Positions 36,334-55,000 of a stretch of DNA of 64,000 nucleotides are shown here, in pieces (the stretch's first letter is position 1; each line of letters begins with the position of its first letter). The stretch comes from Lingula anatina (Eukaryota > Animalia > Brachiopoda). The translations under genes and the position numbers were made by a program. The notes beneath the pieces are model-generated. The model searched no databases and was not told the origin of the DNA. It saw nothing but the letters and a program-made list of their open reading frames with translations. The DNA lies in the NCBI GenBank assembly GCA_051362555.1, contig CM120646.1, positions 16,058,001 through 16,122,000 of the forward strand. The letters are read 5' to 3'.

Positions 36334-39300
36334 CACACATAAAAAATACAGAAATACAGAAACCTATTTACCTGCCCCTTGATATCAGTGAGGATGCCCT
36401 CTACAGTGGTGAACTTTCCTCCCAGAGTGCCGTGCTCCAATGTGAGTTCTAACTCAGGAATCTCAAGTCCACATGTGTCAGACTGAAACGGGGAGAAAAA
36501 TCTGGTCATTTCCCAAATTAACACCCCACTACACAAGCCATTTGGTCAGTTTAATGGACATGTGCATACTAGGTTTACACTAGGATACAAAGCCTTTCAG
36601 AAACTCATCTTGGGGATTTCAGTCAAATCAGAAAATCAAACCAAATCAATCATGTAACAGAAGAACAACACCCTAAGCACTAAACTTAAAAGCACTATTA
36701 TTACTGATGCATCTCTGAAGATCTACTACTTCAGAGATGCATCAGTAATACTACTTTTTTCTTTAAGATCTATATGGTGAATTGACATGAAACTTTAAAT
36801 CACCAAGCAAATAATGAACTCAAAATATAATTAGTGCAATCCTACCTTCAACAGATCCCTGGACAGGTCAGAGGGATCAGTCAAATGAAGCGATATTTTA
36901 ATGCCTTTAGGTTCAATCCCAGCACCTCCCTTCACCTCATTGTCTTTGGCGCCACATACATCACACACGGTGGCCATGATAACAACCTGCTTGAAGTTTG
37001 GAATATCTGGACTATGTTAAGGAGATATTATATATGATATTGTATGAAGGCCGTTAGTAATATTTCTGTATTACATGTAGCAATGGAACAGTCCTTCCCC
37101 AACTTACTACCTATAGTCACGTCTTCCCTGTCACGTGGAAAATGTGTGGAAAAATTGGCAATGTCTTTAATTTATGTCAGGAAAAACCTCTTTAACTTAT
37201 CAGTAAAAAAAAAATAAACTGAAAAATAAATAACCAATGGCAATGATAAAGGAGGTGGACTAGACCTGGCCAGCACAATACAGCTCAATCTGTTACAGTG
37301 CTCTATTACATCCAGAACTGCAGTGCATGCTATTACACTATGAGAAATTGACACGTGGTACTAGCATCTGATTGTATTTAATATGATATGAATGATGTTG
37401 ATCCACAAGGATACCCACTAACTTCATGTTAGTATCACAAGGACTGTTACAGTTTGGGCAGTTACTGCGGAACTGGAGCACCTAGAAAACGAAATTAAAA
37501 ATCAGTTCAACCATGAAAATCACTGATAAAACATGTCTATCAATGCTTGCATGGTTACTATGAGATAAAAAAGGCGAAGCTATTATATAAAGTTCATTGT
37601 TGCTAATTGTAATTTTTAAACAGGTTAAAATGAAATTCAAACTGGAGTCCTAGACAAATAAACATTAAACAATTTTTAATTTATAAGACTTCTGTACATT
37701 CTAAATGCCTTTTTAAAATTTTATACTCAACTCCATCAAGTGATACATTTGTGTCAATAAAACAGAGCTCAAAACAAATTACCTCATCTTTTAAATTGGC
37801 TTCCGCAGCTGCTTCTTCTGCTTCTGGTTCTATGTTCTCTGTGGCATCATCAGGCTGAAATGGCAAACACCCACAAGTCAATAAAAGTAACATAACAGGT
37901 CAAGTTCCCACCCCTGCAGCAGCCTTGTCAATACCAATTTGAAATGAAAAAAAAAAAAAAAAACTATAACCTGTATACAAACATTCCTTACTCCACAATA
38001 ATATTTGACACTGCTCTTGTTTTGCATAAATTTCACGACCCGTACTTCTCTTCAGATAAGTTGTACAAATCAATGACACAGTTGTATTAATCTACATTTA
38101 CTTTGAATAATAACATATTTGTGATCATACCAGGATCCCCAGAAGTTTATTTTGTTCCAGATTCCTGGTATATTTTGTAACTGTGAGTCCAGGGTCAGCC
38201 TTGGGAGCACTGGGATTCTCAATATAACTGTTTCCACTGGGATCATTAACAAGCTGTAAGATGAAATATTTTCCATTTACACATTTATGTCCTACACTGT
38301 GGATCCACTCTTACTGAACACATTGTTTTTTTCCCCAATATACAAAACATATTATTCTCATCTACATAAAAATGAAAAATAAGTTACAATTTTTCTTTCT
38401 AAAATTTCACATTTATAAAGCTCTAATTTTTAATCTGGCAAAAATAATAGCTTAGATACACTTGGACAAGTTATTTCTTAGAGAACAGCCTCATGGTATT
38501 TGCACAAGATCAGTCCTAGGGTTACTATCCATATGTAAAAGCAGACGCAAATCTTTGGAAAGGCTGACTTGTTAAAACAATCATCTTGTAAACAACATAT
38601 CACAGTCCTGGTTTTTTTTATCACGGTGAGAATTTAAAAGATATATTTTCACTATTGTACAAATATGGGCCTTAACTTCTCACTGTCAACATATAATGAC
38701 TTACAAAAATGAAGGGTTTCTCCAGATCTTTTAATTTCTCCAACTTGGTAATAAATTCATCTATTTTGGCTGCAGTATCTGGATCTATTGCCTGAAAAAA
38801 AAAAAAAGGACCAATGACATTTATATCAAATGTAAATGTTTTACAAAGCAAACAAAGTAAAGCAGAATTATGCTGGGGACACCATAAAGGAAGTAACCTT
38901 AAATATATCCTTTCTCATTTGAAAGTCACTATTATACCAGTCTGATAATCGCAATTGTCTTACCTTCCGTACTGGCTGGTTCTGCTGTAATCCATCCACG
39001 GCTCTAGTGATCACCCCTTCTACTGTAGTTAGCACTAAAACCAACCAAGTTTTATTTTATTATTCTTTTTTAGAGAAAGTTTATACTAAAAGATATCTTG
39101 ACCCAGGTGTCACCACCGACTCAAGATGAGACTAATTCAGGATACCAAGATTGCTGATGTATAGAAAGCCAATTCTTCACAAATTAGTGCTCACAATTTG
39201 GAACTACCCCACTTATTCCAAGGTATCATTCTGTGAAGAGTTACTAGTTTTATCATAACATTAAAAAAACAAAAAAAACTTTGTAACACGAATACAGCTT

Positions 39301-40588
39301 AATTTTCAGAACTTGAGATTCATTTTCTGTCAGTGCCACTTCACATAATGACCATATTTTAAGTATCTGGATTGCAATTTTTTACTGACAAGAAGGATAA
39401 AGCTCTGAAAACATTTTCATGTCGTGAACCAGTTTAAGACTTCTATCAGTCAGTTGAGTTAAGGTTACTTGCTATCCAAGTTTAGCATGTTTAGCCAAGT
39501 CCAAAAATCTTTTTTTTTTTTTTTTTTTGTGAAACAAAGACACAGAACTTACATCCTTTGTTAGGTGGAGCCTCAAATTCCAGACTCGGAATGGACATGG
39601 TTGCAGTGTTGGATAGCACCACCTGTCTGTTCAAGTCCTGAAACAAGACCAATAATGTTTTTTTTATTATCATTCGAAATGTGTTGCAGATTAAATCAAT
39701 TGAAAAAGTTGTATAAAACATATTAAATCATAAAGAACAAAGCAAAGGTTCAAAGACTGTTTGGTTTAAAGTAATGTGATCCTTTCGTGAGAATAATTGA
39801 TATTTGCCAGCTTTCAAACAAGTGGAGATCTAGAGTCTCTTCAAGTGAAAGTGGCCCCCTAAGAGTTTCTGTAACTTCTCCACCTGTTTAGCTGCCACCG
39901 TGAGCTTCAAGATGACCCCTCTCTCCTGTATGGGCCCTGCAGACTGAATCTCACTGTCCTGGTGACCACACTGGTCACAGCTGAACGACGACACAATCAC
40001 ATCCTTGAAAAATGGAATCTTGGTTAACATCAACCTGGTGGTGCCCTGGAGAAGTTATAAAACAGAGATTGTTTAAAAATGGCCTAGATAACTCCTTGTA
40101 TAAATCACTCTTGCAGTGCTCATGTAGACAATGAAAAAGATCAATATTGAAACCATTATATGATGATGGTAACAATGACAACACTTTAAAATTACAAACT
40201 GGAAAAAACAAAAGAGATGCTTTCCTAATCATAAAGAACACAATAAGTTGAACAGGTCATTAATATCTTACATGTATATTACACAAATATATAGATATTT
40301 CTTTAAAATCTCTACATTTTTCTGTACATGACAACCCATGGATATTTATTTCATTATTCTAGAAAAATAGCATCTTCATCTCGCAATATAGCCCTCTTTC
40401 ACTCTCACATCATGTAAACATATAATAAAATGGTGCCCTGAAAGAAATACAGGGTACAGTACCTGTTCATGGCAATTCAAACACAGACTTTCTATTTCAT
40501 GGAACGGAGCATCATCATCTGGGTTGATATTCAGGAAAATTGGTCCATTTTTTTCTGCCAATGCCTGCTCCTCCGTGTTTTCTGACAT
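34466..40588 (-). CDS. ZPR1: Zinc finger protein ZPR1
   Basis: Exons 40463-40588 (EIESLCLNC), 39884-40045 ([25 protein letters not shown]), 39553-39637 (DLNRQVV), 38964-39034 (LTTVEG), 38705-38791, 38131-38253 ([11 protein letters not shown]), 37783-37854, 37415-37481 (CPNC), 36846-37006 ([23 protein letters not shown]), 36372-36482 ([11 protein letters not shown]), 35653-35742, 35210-35278 ([11 protein letters not shown]), 34466-34582 ([11 protein letters not shown]). All phases consistent; two C4 finger/A-B modules. Probable 5' UTR exon ending at 41137. Confidence 0.96.
36273..36328. repeat. (CT)n / (AC)n microsatellite
   Basis: Directly visible. Confidence 0.9.
36699..36750. repeat. Perfect 22-bp inverted repeat with 8-nt loop in ZPR1 intron
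   Basis: tattactgatgcatctctgaag (36699-36720) / cttcagagatgcatcagtaata (36729-36750). Confidence 0.9.
37007..37414 (-). other. U12-type (minor spliceosome) GT-AG intron in ZPR1
   Basis: 5' site GTATCCTT (37414-37407); branch site TCCTTAAC (37023-37016) 9 nt before the intron end; no polypyrimidine tract. Confidence 0.9.
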
Positions 40589-41219
40589 GTTGGCAAAAGA
40601 ACCTTTATTTTCTTGCCTTTGTCTTTTACTGATTTTTTCCTGTAGTATAGTTAAAAATAAAATGCAATTGGTCCTGTTGATTTATCTCCATATGACAAAC
40701 CTGTACACATGCACAGCACACTACTTGTAGAGTAATACTTAACATGTAAGTCATATCTTTTTAAGTTTTATCTATATGAAGACATTTGTGTGCTTTATAT
40801 TTATATGAATTCAGATATGAAAACATGTGTGTGCCCTAACTAAAGTTCATATATCATTTCTGGCCATATTATTAAAATCGTTTAAAACACTTTGCCGGTA
40901 CACTATGGTACACTAGTGTCGTATTCTTAAGTCGTTTTCTATGGTTTTATGTTCATAGACCCATCAGGGTGATAGCTGAGCGTGGTATACAGGTTCAGGA
41001 CTCGAGAACCTTTTCTCGAATCGTCTTACTTTGCAATGTTTACTACTACATTTACTACAGTGGTTTACAAGGTACGCCTTTAAATTGACCCACAGCGATA
41101 CGTATGTACTCAAAATATTAGTGAACAAACCCATACCTGTTCTGAACTCCTTTCACATACAGTAGCTGTTAACTCAAAATGACATTGCCAGTTTGTTTTC
41201 GCTTAAAGGTCAACAGCTT

Positions 41220-41400
41220 TTTAAAACACATGTGGAACCTCCGGCCGGAAGTTAAATTGCTTTCCCGGAAGTACTAAGTACGCAGCCGCAATCGGTACCA
41301 TGTGATCTGTTATAACCAATCTAAATCAATGTAGGTATGCACATGGCCGAGGCTGCAATTGCACTGAAACTTACAAAATCAAGAAATTATTAGTAAGACT
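41220..41400. promoter_or_regulatory. Putative bidirectional promoter shared by ZPR1 and TOMM40
   Basis: Head-to-head genes (ZPR1 UTR donor at 41136, TOMM40 ATG at 41446); two CCGGAAGT ETS-type motifs (41245-41252, 41265-41272), CCAAT (41316-41320), ACATGGC YY1-like motif (41341); locally CpG-rich. Confidence 0.7.
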
Positions 41401-41445
41401 CTCTGTGAAACAACTCGATCAAGCCGCATAATCTCAGAGCACGAT

Positions 41446-48178
<6,733 letters not shown>

Positions 48179-50555
48179 CCTTTCTTGGACACAGTGCCCT
48201 CTATTGTGCACAGGTGGCAACTAGAATGTTTAAATGCTGCATGAACATGACACTTAGGAAATTGTTGTATATTATTGGAGAGAACTTGAGTTGTGGATAG
48301 AAATATATGTGACATTTTAAGGATGTTACTCTCTTGTCAGAGGACAGCAGGGTAATAGGGCATCTTTGTTTTTTTATGCACCAACAGAGCTGTATGTCTT
48401 CTTTCAGAAAGATGTAACAGTGTCTGGCATTCTCACTGCTTTTTTACTGCCAATACAAAATGGACCCATTTTTCTTGGGTTAGAAGTTGATATTTTTACA
48501 GTGTATTCGTATTTAAAAATTATAAATTAAGTATGTTGTTTCATAATGGCATGTGAGATAACAGACAAATTGCCAAAGGTAAACACATGAAGTGCTTTTG
48601 AACGGGTTCTTCTGCTCATCTTACTTATGCCGAGATATATGATAGAAGATAAACCAGAGGGGAAAAATGTATATTATGTATTATTCTTAGAGCAATTGAT
48701 CATCACAGTAATGGAAACCAGACAGGTATGATATTGGTCACAGGTTTATGAATTTGTTAAGAGCCAGCTGAAGTACGCATTTGGAATAAGTTTTGTTTCA
48801 GTATTGCTGTAATGATTATATATATTATATAAGTTTCCCACAAAGTGATATATATATGCCTTAATTGAAAACCAACCTTTATTACTTTATCACCATGTCT
48901 GTCACAGGAAAGTGCAGAGATATGCCAGTAACTCAGTAAGCATTTTTTTTATCATTTTTTATCCCAGCAAGATCTGAAAGTTGTTGTGCATGGCTGTAAA
49001 GTAAGATCCTATTAAGTGTCAGTTATTTGGGAAAAAAACATTTGAGATGCCTACTTTAGGGTATACTTCACATAAGACATAATCTCCATGTACTTGAGAC
49101 CAAAATTGGCCAAAATTTTTTATCATGTGGATAGTACATTGGTAGTTGCCTACTTAGAAGATAATATTTTGGGCCGTTTTCTTCAAAGTATGATATGTCT
49201 GATGTGATGGACTGACAGTTAACAACTATTATAGCAAACCACTCCACCTTTATCCTGAATAGTAATTAAGATGTTCTTAACTGTGTGGCTGTGTCCTATA
49301 GTCAAATTGAGAACCTTGGAAAATCTTACTTTTGTGCTCTTTTCAAGCTTGTTCATATTGTTTGTTGATTTGTTTACCGTATAAAATGCTAATATAATGC
49401 GTATATAATGTATAAGTTTTCATACACATGAAAGAAGTTTAAATTAAAGATAAGATATAATTATTATTATTGTTATTATTCAGTGCTGATTTAATACTTT
49501 TAATTGCTGGATTATATATCAGCATTTCAATATTCATTCCATTTCAAAACAATATAATTATTCAACCTAATATTACATTGTTCCAGCTGATATACTTTCA
49601 TATCTGCCTTTGTTATGCTAATGACTTGCCTTTTAAAACCAATTGTAATACACTTTTCTCTTTATATGGCTAGAAGGTGAGGGTAAATTGTCTGTCATCT
49701 TATATTCCTGTCTTGAAGAGCGACATTGCTCTGTTAAATATAATCTAAAAGATCAGAAAGGTTTATTAAGTTAACACGTAATTAGCACGCATTTGTATAA
49801 AGGGGTTTTATTGAAATGTAAATGATGCATATTAAATTTAATTTGCCTGTAAAACATTAGTTAATAGTTAGTCCTTATTCATTGTGAATTTTGCTTGTAT
49901 ATTACAATTCCAGAGTGACTGGCTTATGAAGCGTTCCTGCTGTCTCTACACTGGTGCATAACCAAAAAAAAAAAAAAAAAAAATCTTTGTCGCGTTCTTT
50001 TTTTTGAAAAGAAAAAGACAAAAATAATAATTGATTTTGTGTGAATCAGGGTAAGTACACATGAACCAAGGAGGAAGTCTACTGTTTCGGCATTACAGCT
50101 GCCACTTTTTTTTTTTACCAACACTCTATTATTATTATTATTATTTTTTTTTTTAGCAGTTTACTACTGCACTAAAACTAGAAGAGACACGGATGCAATA
50201 AATAAAGTCATGTATGGCGGATCCAATTTTTTTCTATAAATTTCCATGCATCAGTATTGACGTATCATTTATGCCTGATAATTTTCAAATCCTTTATCTT
50301 TTTAATATATATATGTAAACTTACAAACTTTAGGATAAGTTTTCCAGGGAACTTACAGTGTAAGTACTTCACTTATTCACCAAGGCAGGTCTACACGGTT
50401 ATTCATATAGTCGGAAATTGCTAACCTAAGATAAAAAATATACAAAACTACTTAGGTAGTTGTAATACAACATGTTAACGTGCCAAAATTATTTTTATCA
50501 CGCGAGGATCCCATAGCTGACCGTGTATAACTATTAACACCCGTGGAACAACGAG

Positions 50556-50628
50556 GGCTCCGTGGTGTAGCGGTTATCACATCTGCCTAACACGCAGAAG
50601 GTCCCCGGTTCGATCCCGGGCGGAACCA
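50556..50628 (+). tRNA. tRNA-Val-AAC: tRNA-Val (anticodon AAC)
   Basis: 73-nt cloverleaf: A box TGGTGTAGCGG, anticodon arm TCTGC-CTAACAC-GCAGA, B box GGTTCGATCC, discriminator A, followed by a TTTTT Pol III terminator; one C3-A70 mismatch in the acceptor stem. Confidence 0.95.
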
Positions 50629-52030
50629 CTTTTTGTTACATCGCAGCGTTACTGTAATTCGAAATCCGATTGTCGGTTCATAGTGGTTTGGAGACTTGTG
50701 GGTCCCAGATAATAAGATGCAAAAGGACATGAGTTATAAGAAGAATACCAGCGGGTCTGTTCTGTGGGAAAATTAATTTCAGATCTGAAATAAACACAGA
50801 AGTGAAATTGGTATTATGTCTGCAACATCTGGAATTATATTGAATCTTCACCCAAAAATATATGAAGTTAAGATCACTGACAAAAGTAAATATAAATGGG
50901 AAGCACACACTTTAGGGTTAAATTTTGAGCTGTTGTCGAAAAGTCCACCAGACCCACCCAATGCTGCCCCCTCTTCTCTTCCACACAACCCTAGTAAGCG
51001 TACTTGTAGGCAGATTCGGTCTTATAATAACATAATATGATGATATAATATATTAAAACAACGGCTCCATCCTATTTCAGTCATCCTGAATTTTCAAATG
51101 CCCCGTATCAGAAAACGACTGCCACAACCGTACGTGCCATAAAATCGGCGTTAAATGAATGGTTTTATACACCTATTTAATTTTCTTCTCTTATTATAAA
51201 TTGCATTCTATTTGTAAACATTGATAATTGAAATCTGTGTCGGAACAATTGAGTAAACAAATAATTAAAGACAGCATTAAATGCTTGTGTAATAAATTCA
51301 CCAAAGAACCCAGTAATTGCATATTTGACTTTGTCTATACAAAATAATTAACAGATTGAATAAAAATACATTTTAAGCAATGCATTTAGTTAAAACATCA
51401 AATTCTAATCAATTTCCCTTTCTCTTCTTTATGAAAAAATGGGTATTTTTTTAAGGAAGTTTTCTTATTTCCATTAAGTCATCATACCAAGGGACAAACC
51501 GAATTAAACACTGTCAACCACATAATAGCTTTACGCTGCACCGTCTTCAAAATTTTGGACGTAATTTGGTCTACTTATCTGCCCCGTTTATGAACGATCT
51601 TGAACTATAAAGTATTTCGATATACAACTATAGCGTACTGTATATATGCTACACCAAGCTTATTACAACTGAATAGTTCATCGCAACAAAATTTTAAAAA
51701 TCAACGTCTAGATATCTTCATACAAATTCTTGAATGCATTTCATTTCCACATATATCCACACCACACCTAACCCATAACAACAATTTTATGATTTTTATA
51801 ACCCAACATTCCTTATAGTTTTTTGTCATATTAAATTTAAAAAGTTAACATATATTTTCATTTTTGTTGTCGGCGGTTTATGAAAAACATCACGAACACA
51901 TTCCATTATCAAGCGCAACTTCTCAGATTAGAAGTCCCGAATTTGTTATCCATAATTAAACAGTTATAATAATAATGATAATAATAATAATTGGATGTTT
52001 TCAATATACACATGAATTATTATAAAGTAT

Positions 52031-55000
52031 TCAAACAAAATCTCCGCAGAATATACAAAATTTGTTCAAAAGGTAATGACACAGCGTCCCGGGCTTTGTG
52101 GCTCTTGTAAAACTTTGGGAGAACTTATTATACAAATGCACAGCAAAAGACTCTCTTTGCAGAACGCGTTGGAGGTCAGGAGTGTTTTTATCGATGAAAC
52201 ACTTCGTTTTCACTTTTCTATACTCTATCGGGTAAAATGACTTCTGATATAAGCCTCTCACAATGCAAGACTTATTGCTTTGCAAATCCTCAGCACTGCT
52301 GACATCACACATCCAAGTGGGATGTCTTCTCGCTACGCGCGTGAGGAGACTTGGTCCGTTCGCCTCCCAGACATTCTGATTATAGCTATCTAGGAATTCT
52401 TTTATACACTCCCGGAGAAAAGGGTTGTGCTTGTCAAACTTGAGAACTGCTCCATTTAACACAGTATGATCACTGTTTTCCCATGCAGTTACATTATTCA
52501 AATCTTTCAAACTCTTAACTAAAATAACGTCAGTGTCCATATAAATGCCGCCATGAAGATAAAGCAGTACTATTCTGATCAAATCTGTCTCGTGGCTATA
52601 CCAAAATCGTCCTTTTGAAATAACCGGTATTTTTTTCAAAAAGGTTTTTGATCGTTCTGTAAAAGTGTGTGGATCCAATCTTTGCACATTTTTTAGTAAC
52701 CCTCTGAGAGTATAATTTCTGACCTCAACATGAAAGCCCGCTTCAGTGAACGCAGAAACCTTGTTTTGTGACAGAGAATTGCTTAAAATGCGTACTTTTG
52801 CATTGGGATGGTGGTAAAAAATACTCTCGAGCGAACGGCGATTCCTTTGCGTTACTTCACTTGTTGTGTAAACCTGAAAAAACGTCAATGCAGTTCTTTC
52901 GTTTGTCATTAAAGGTTTAAGAGGCACTATCCCAAATGTAATCGCCGTTTCTCGCAATCCAGAGAATTTCCGTATCTCGTGCCAGAGGGTGGCGCGAAAG
53001 TGCATGTGAATTTCATGATTTGGGTTCATTTCTGGTTTGTCCCAGTTAAAGTTTTCCAACCCCTTGTATGACGTCATCTTTCTGTCCACCGTTACTGTAT
53101 GGAAAAGTTTCGCTAAACCTTCTGTGCGATTTCCTCCTCCTCCGGGTAAGAACGCCGTTTCCACAAAAACAACTGGAATTCCCATGGCAACGCATGGAAG
53201 AGCGCTATGGATGCGTGACGTCAAAACCAATTTTGCACGTGAATATTGTTCCATTAAACGGCGCGCTTCTTCATACCGTTCTATTCTGTCAAATTTCATC
53301 GAAAAGGGCAAGTTATGAGTGACCCTAATAATTGATTTTCTTATGTGAGAAGGAACAATTATTTCTACAGCTCGCCAATCCACGTCAACGACAAACACGT
53401 CCTCTCTTTCTGTAACCGGATTGGGATTGTGCATCAAAAGTGTCAAACAGGCCGACATATACACTGAAATATTCTGCTCGCGTAAAACTTTGACCGTGTT
53501 CTCGTCACGAGCACCTACGGATCCATGTTCTTTGAAGTAATTATTCCCAGGCACAGTTAATAGCTTCTTCCGGAAATTTGGTCCAAAATACATGGATAAC
53601 ATTAAAGGCTTAAGATTAATATTTGGCGGCCATATCATGTCACCGGCGTTATACCATGCGTTTAGAAATATTGTAATTGATTCATTTGGTTTCTTGGTTT
53701 GGCCGGACTTTTTTCTTAGATGAGCTCTAGTATCTTCAGCTTCAAATTTGTCATCTCCGGCTTGGCTCAAGTAAAAGGATCTATTATTTATATTATCGAG
53801 CTTTCTGTTTCTATTTCTAATGTTTTCCGTCACATTGACAAGTTTCTCAGTAATGTCCGGCTGCCCGTATGTCTCAATGCACGTGACGTCCCATGTGTCA
53901 CGGTCCACAAATCGGTCAGCAAAAGGAAGAAACTGGATCGCAGCTAGGGTCTGAATCTCATCTCCGGCGTTGATATCTTTCGCCACAGTGACTCGATGGT
54001 CAAAGCTTAAGACACCATAAAGATTATCTGGTAAAAATTTGAATACAGGCTCCTTGGCAGTCATTTTAACTTGTTTGTTATCTACCTGACTAAGAACTTT
54101 TGAACGCCACAAAACTGAATCGGTGTGCCAGTTTTGGATCTGACTTCTACTATGACTATTGTAAGTTGACTGAATCACAACCATGGTATTTTTGACGAAA
54201 GGAGAACGTCGTTCAAACCTGGATATTGAAAATATACTTTCATTACCCACCCATTCACCCTTGAAATATTCATCGGGTAACGTTGAGGTCAATATTGACG
54301 GTAAATCTATGAACAGTCCACCAAATGTCCAGAGTGAGAGCAAAACACTTATTTCTTGCATGAGCACTTGAAATTTACGACCCATGAGCAATTTGAAGAT
54401 TGCAGATTTGGAAACAAAATCATCCAGGGGAGTATTCTTTGCTAAGACAGGTAGTAGTAAACGAAGAACTTTGGAGTGTTTAGGTAGCTTGTCTTCTATT
54501 TGATCCATACATTCACTGCTTCCACACATGAATATTACACTCCTTGCCGGATTGAACTGGTTAAATGTTTTTATTTTATCCATTAGCGGTAGAGGAATTG
54601 GGGTGTAGTGAGACCACACCATGACAACGTCTGAGGTCGTATTTGAATATGGGCCAAATTGATGATGCGCTGTGAGTAAAGTATCCTCTTTATAGAATGT
54701 TGAAAAGGATGATTCGGACTCGTCAGTTATTGGCATAACAGTAGGTAAAACGCGAGTAAACCGACGAGGAGGGCCCTGATTCTCCGGGTGGATGGTTGCA
54801 CCTTCAGATGACTTGACGGGCCGTGCCTTCGCCCTCAAATTTCGACTTGCTAAACCTTTTTCTTTTGCTGGTGATACGAACCAACTGGCGTTGCCAAAAC
54901 AAAGCTCATCACCTGGGTGTTTGGCTTGATCCCTAGATAGGCCATCTAGAAAGACACAGGTTGGTGTAGAACCTAATATATTCTTTGAGTCAGATGTTCC

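Noticed and set aside
52031-54945. Bacterial contamination as the source of the pyruvyltransferase-like ORF
   Set aside because: It is spliced to a eukaryotic TM exon, fused to an A4GALT/A4GNT-like domain, and contiguous with animal genes and repeats.
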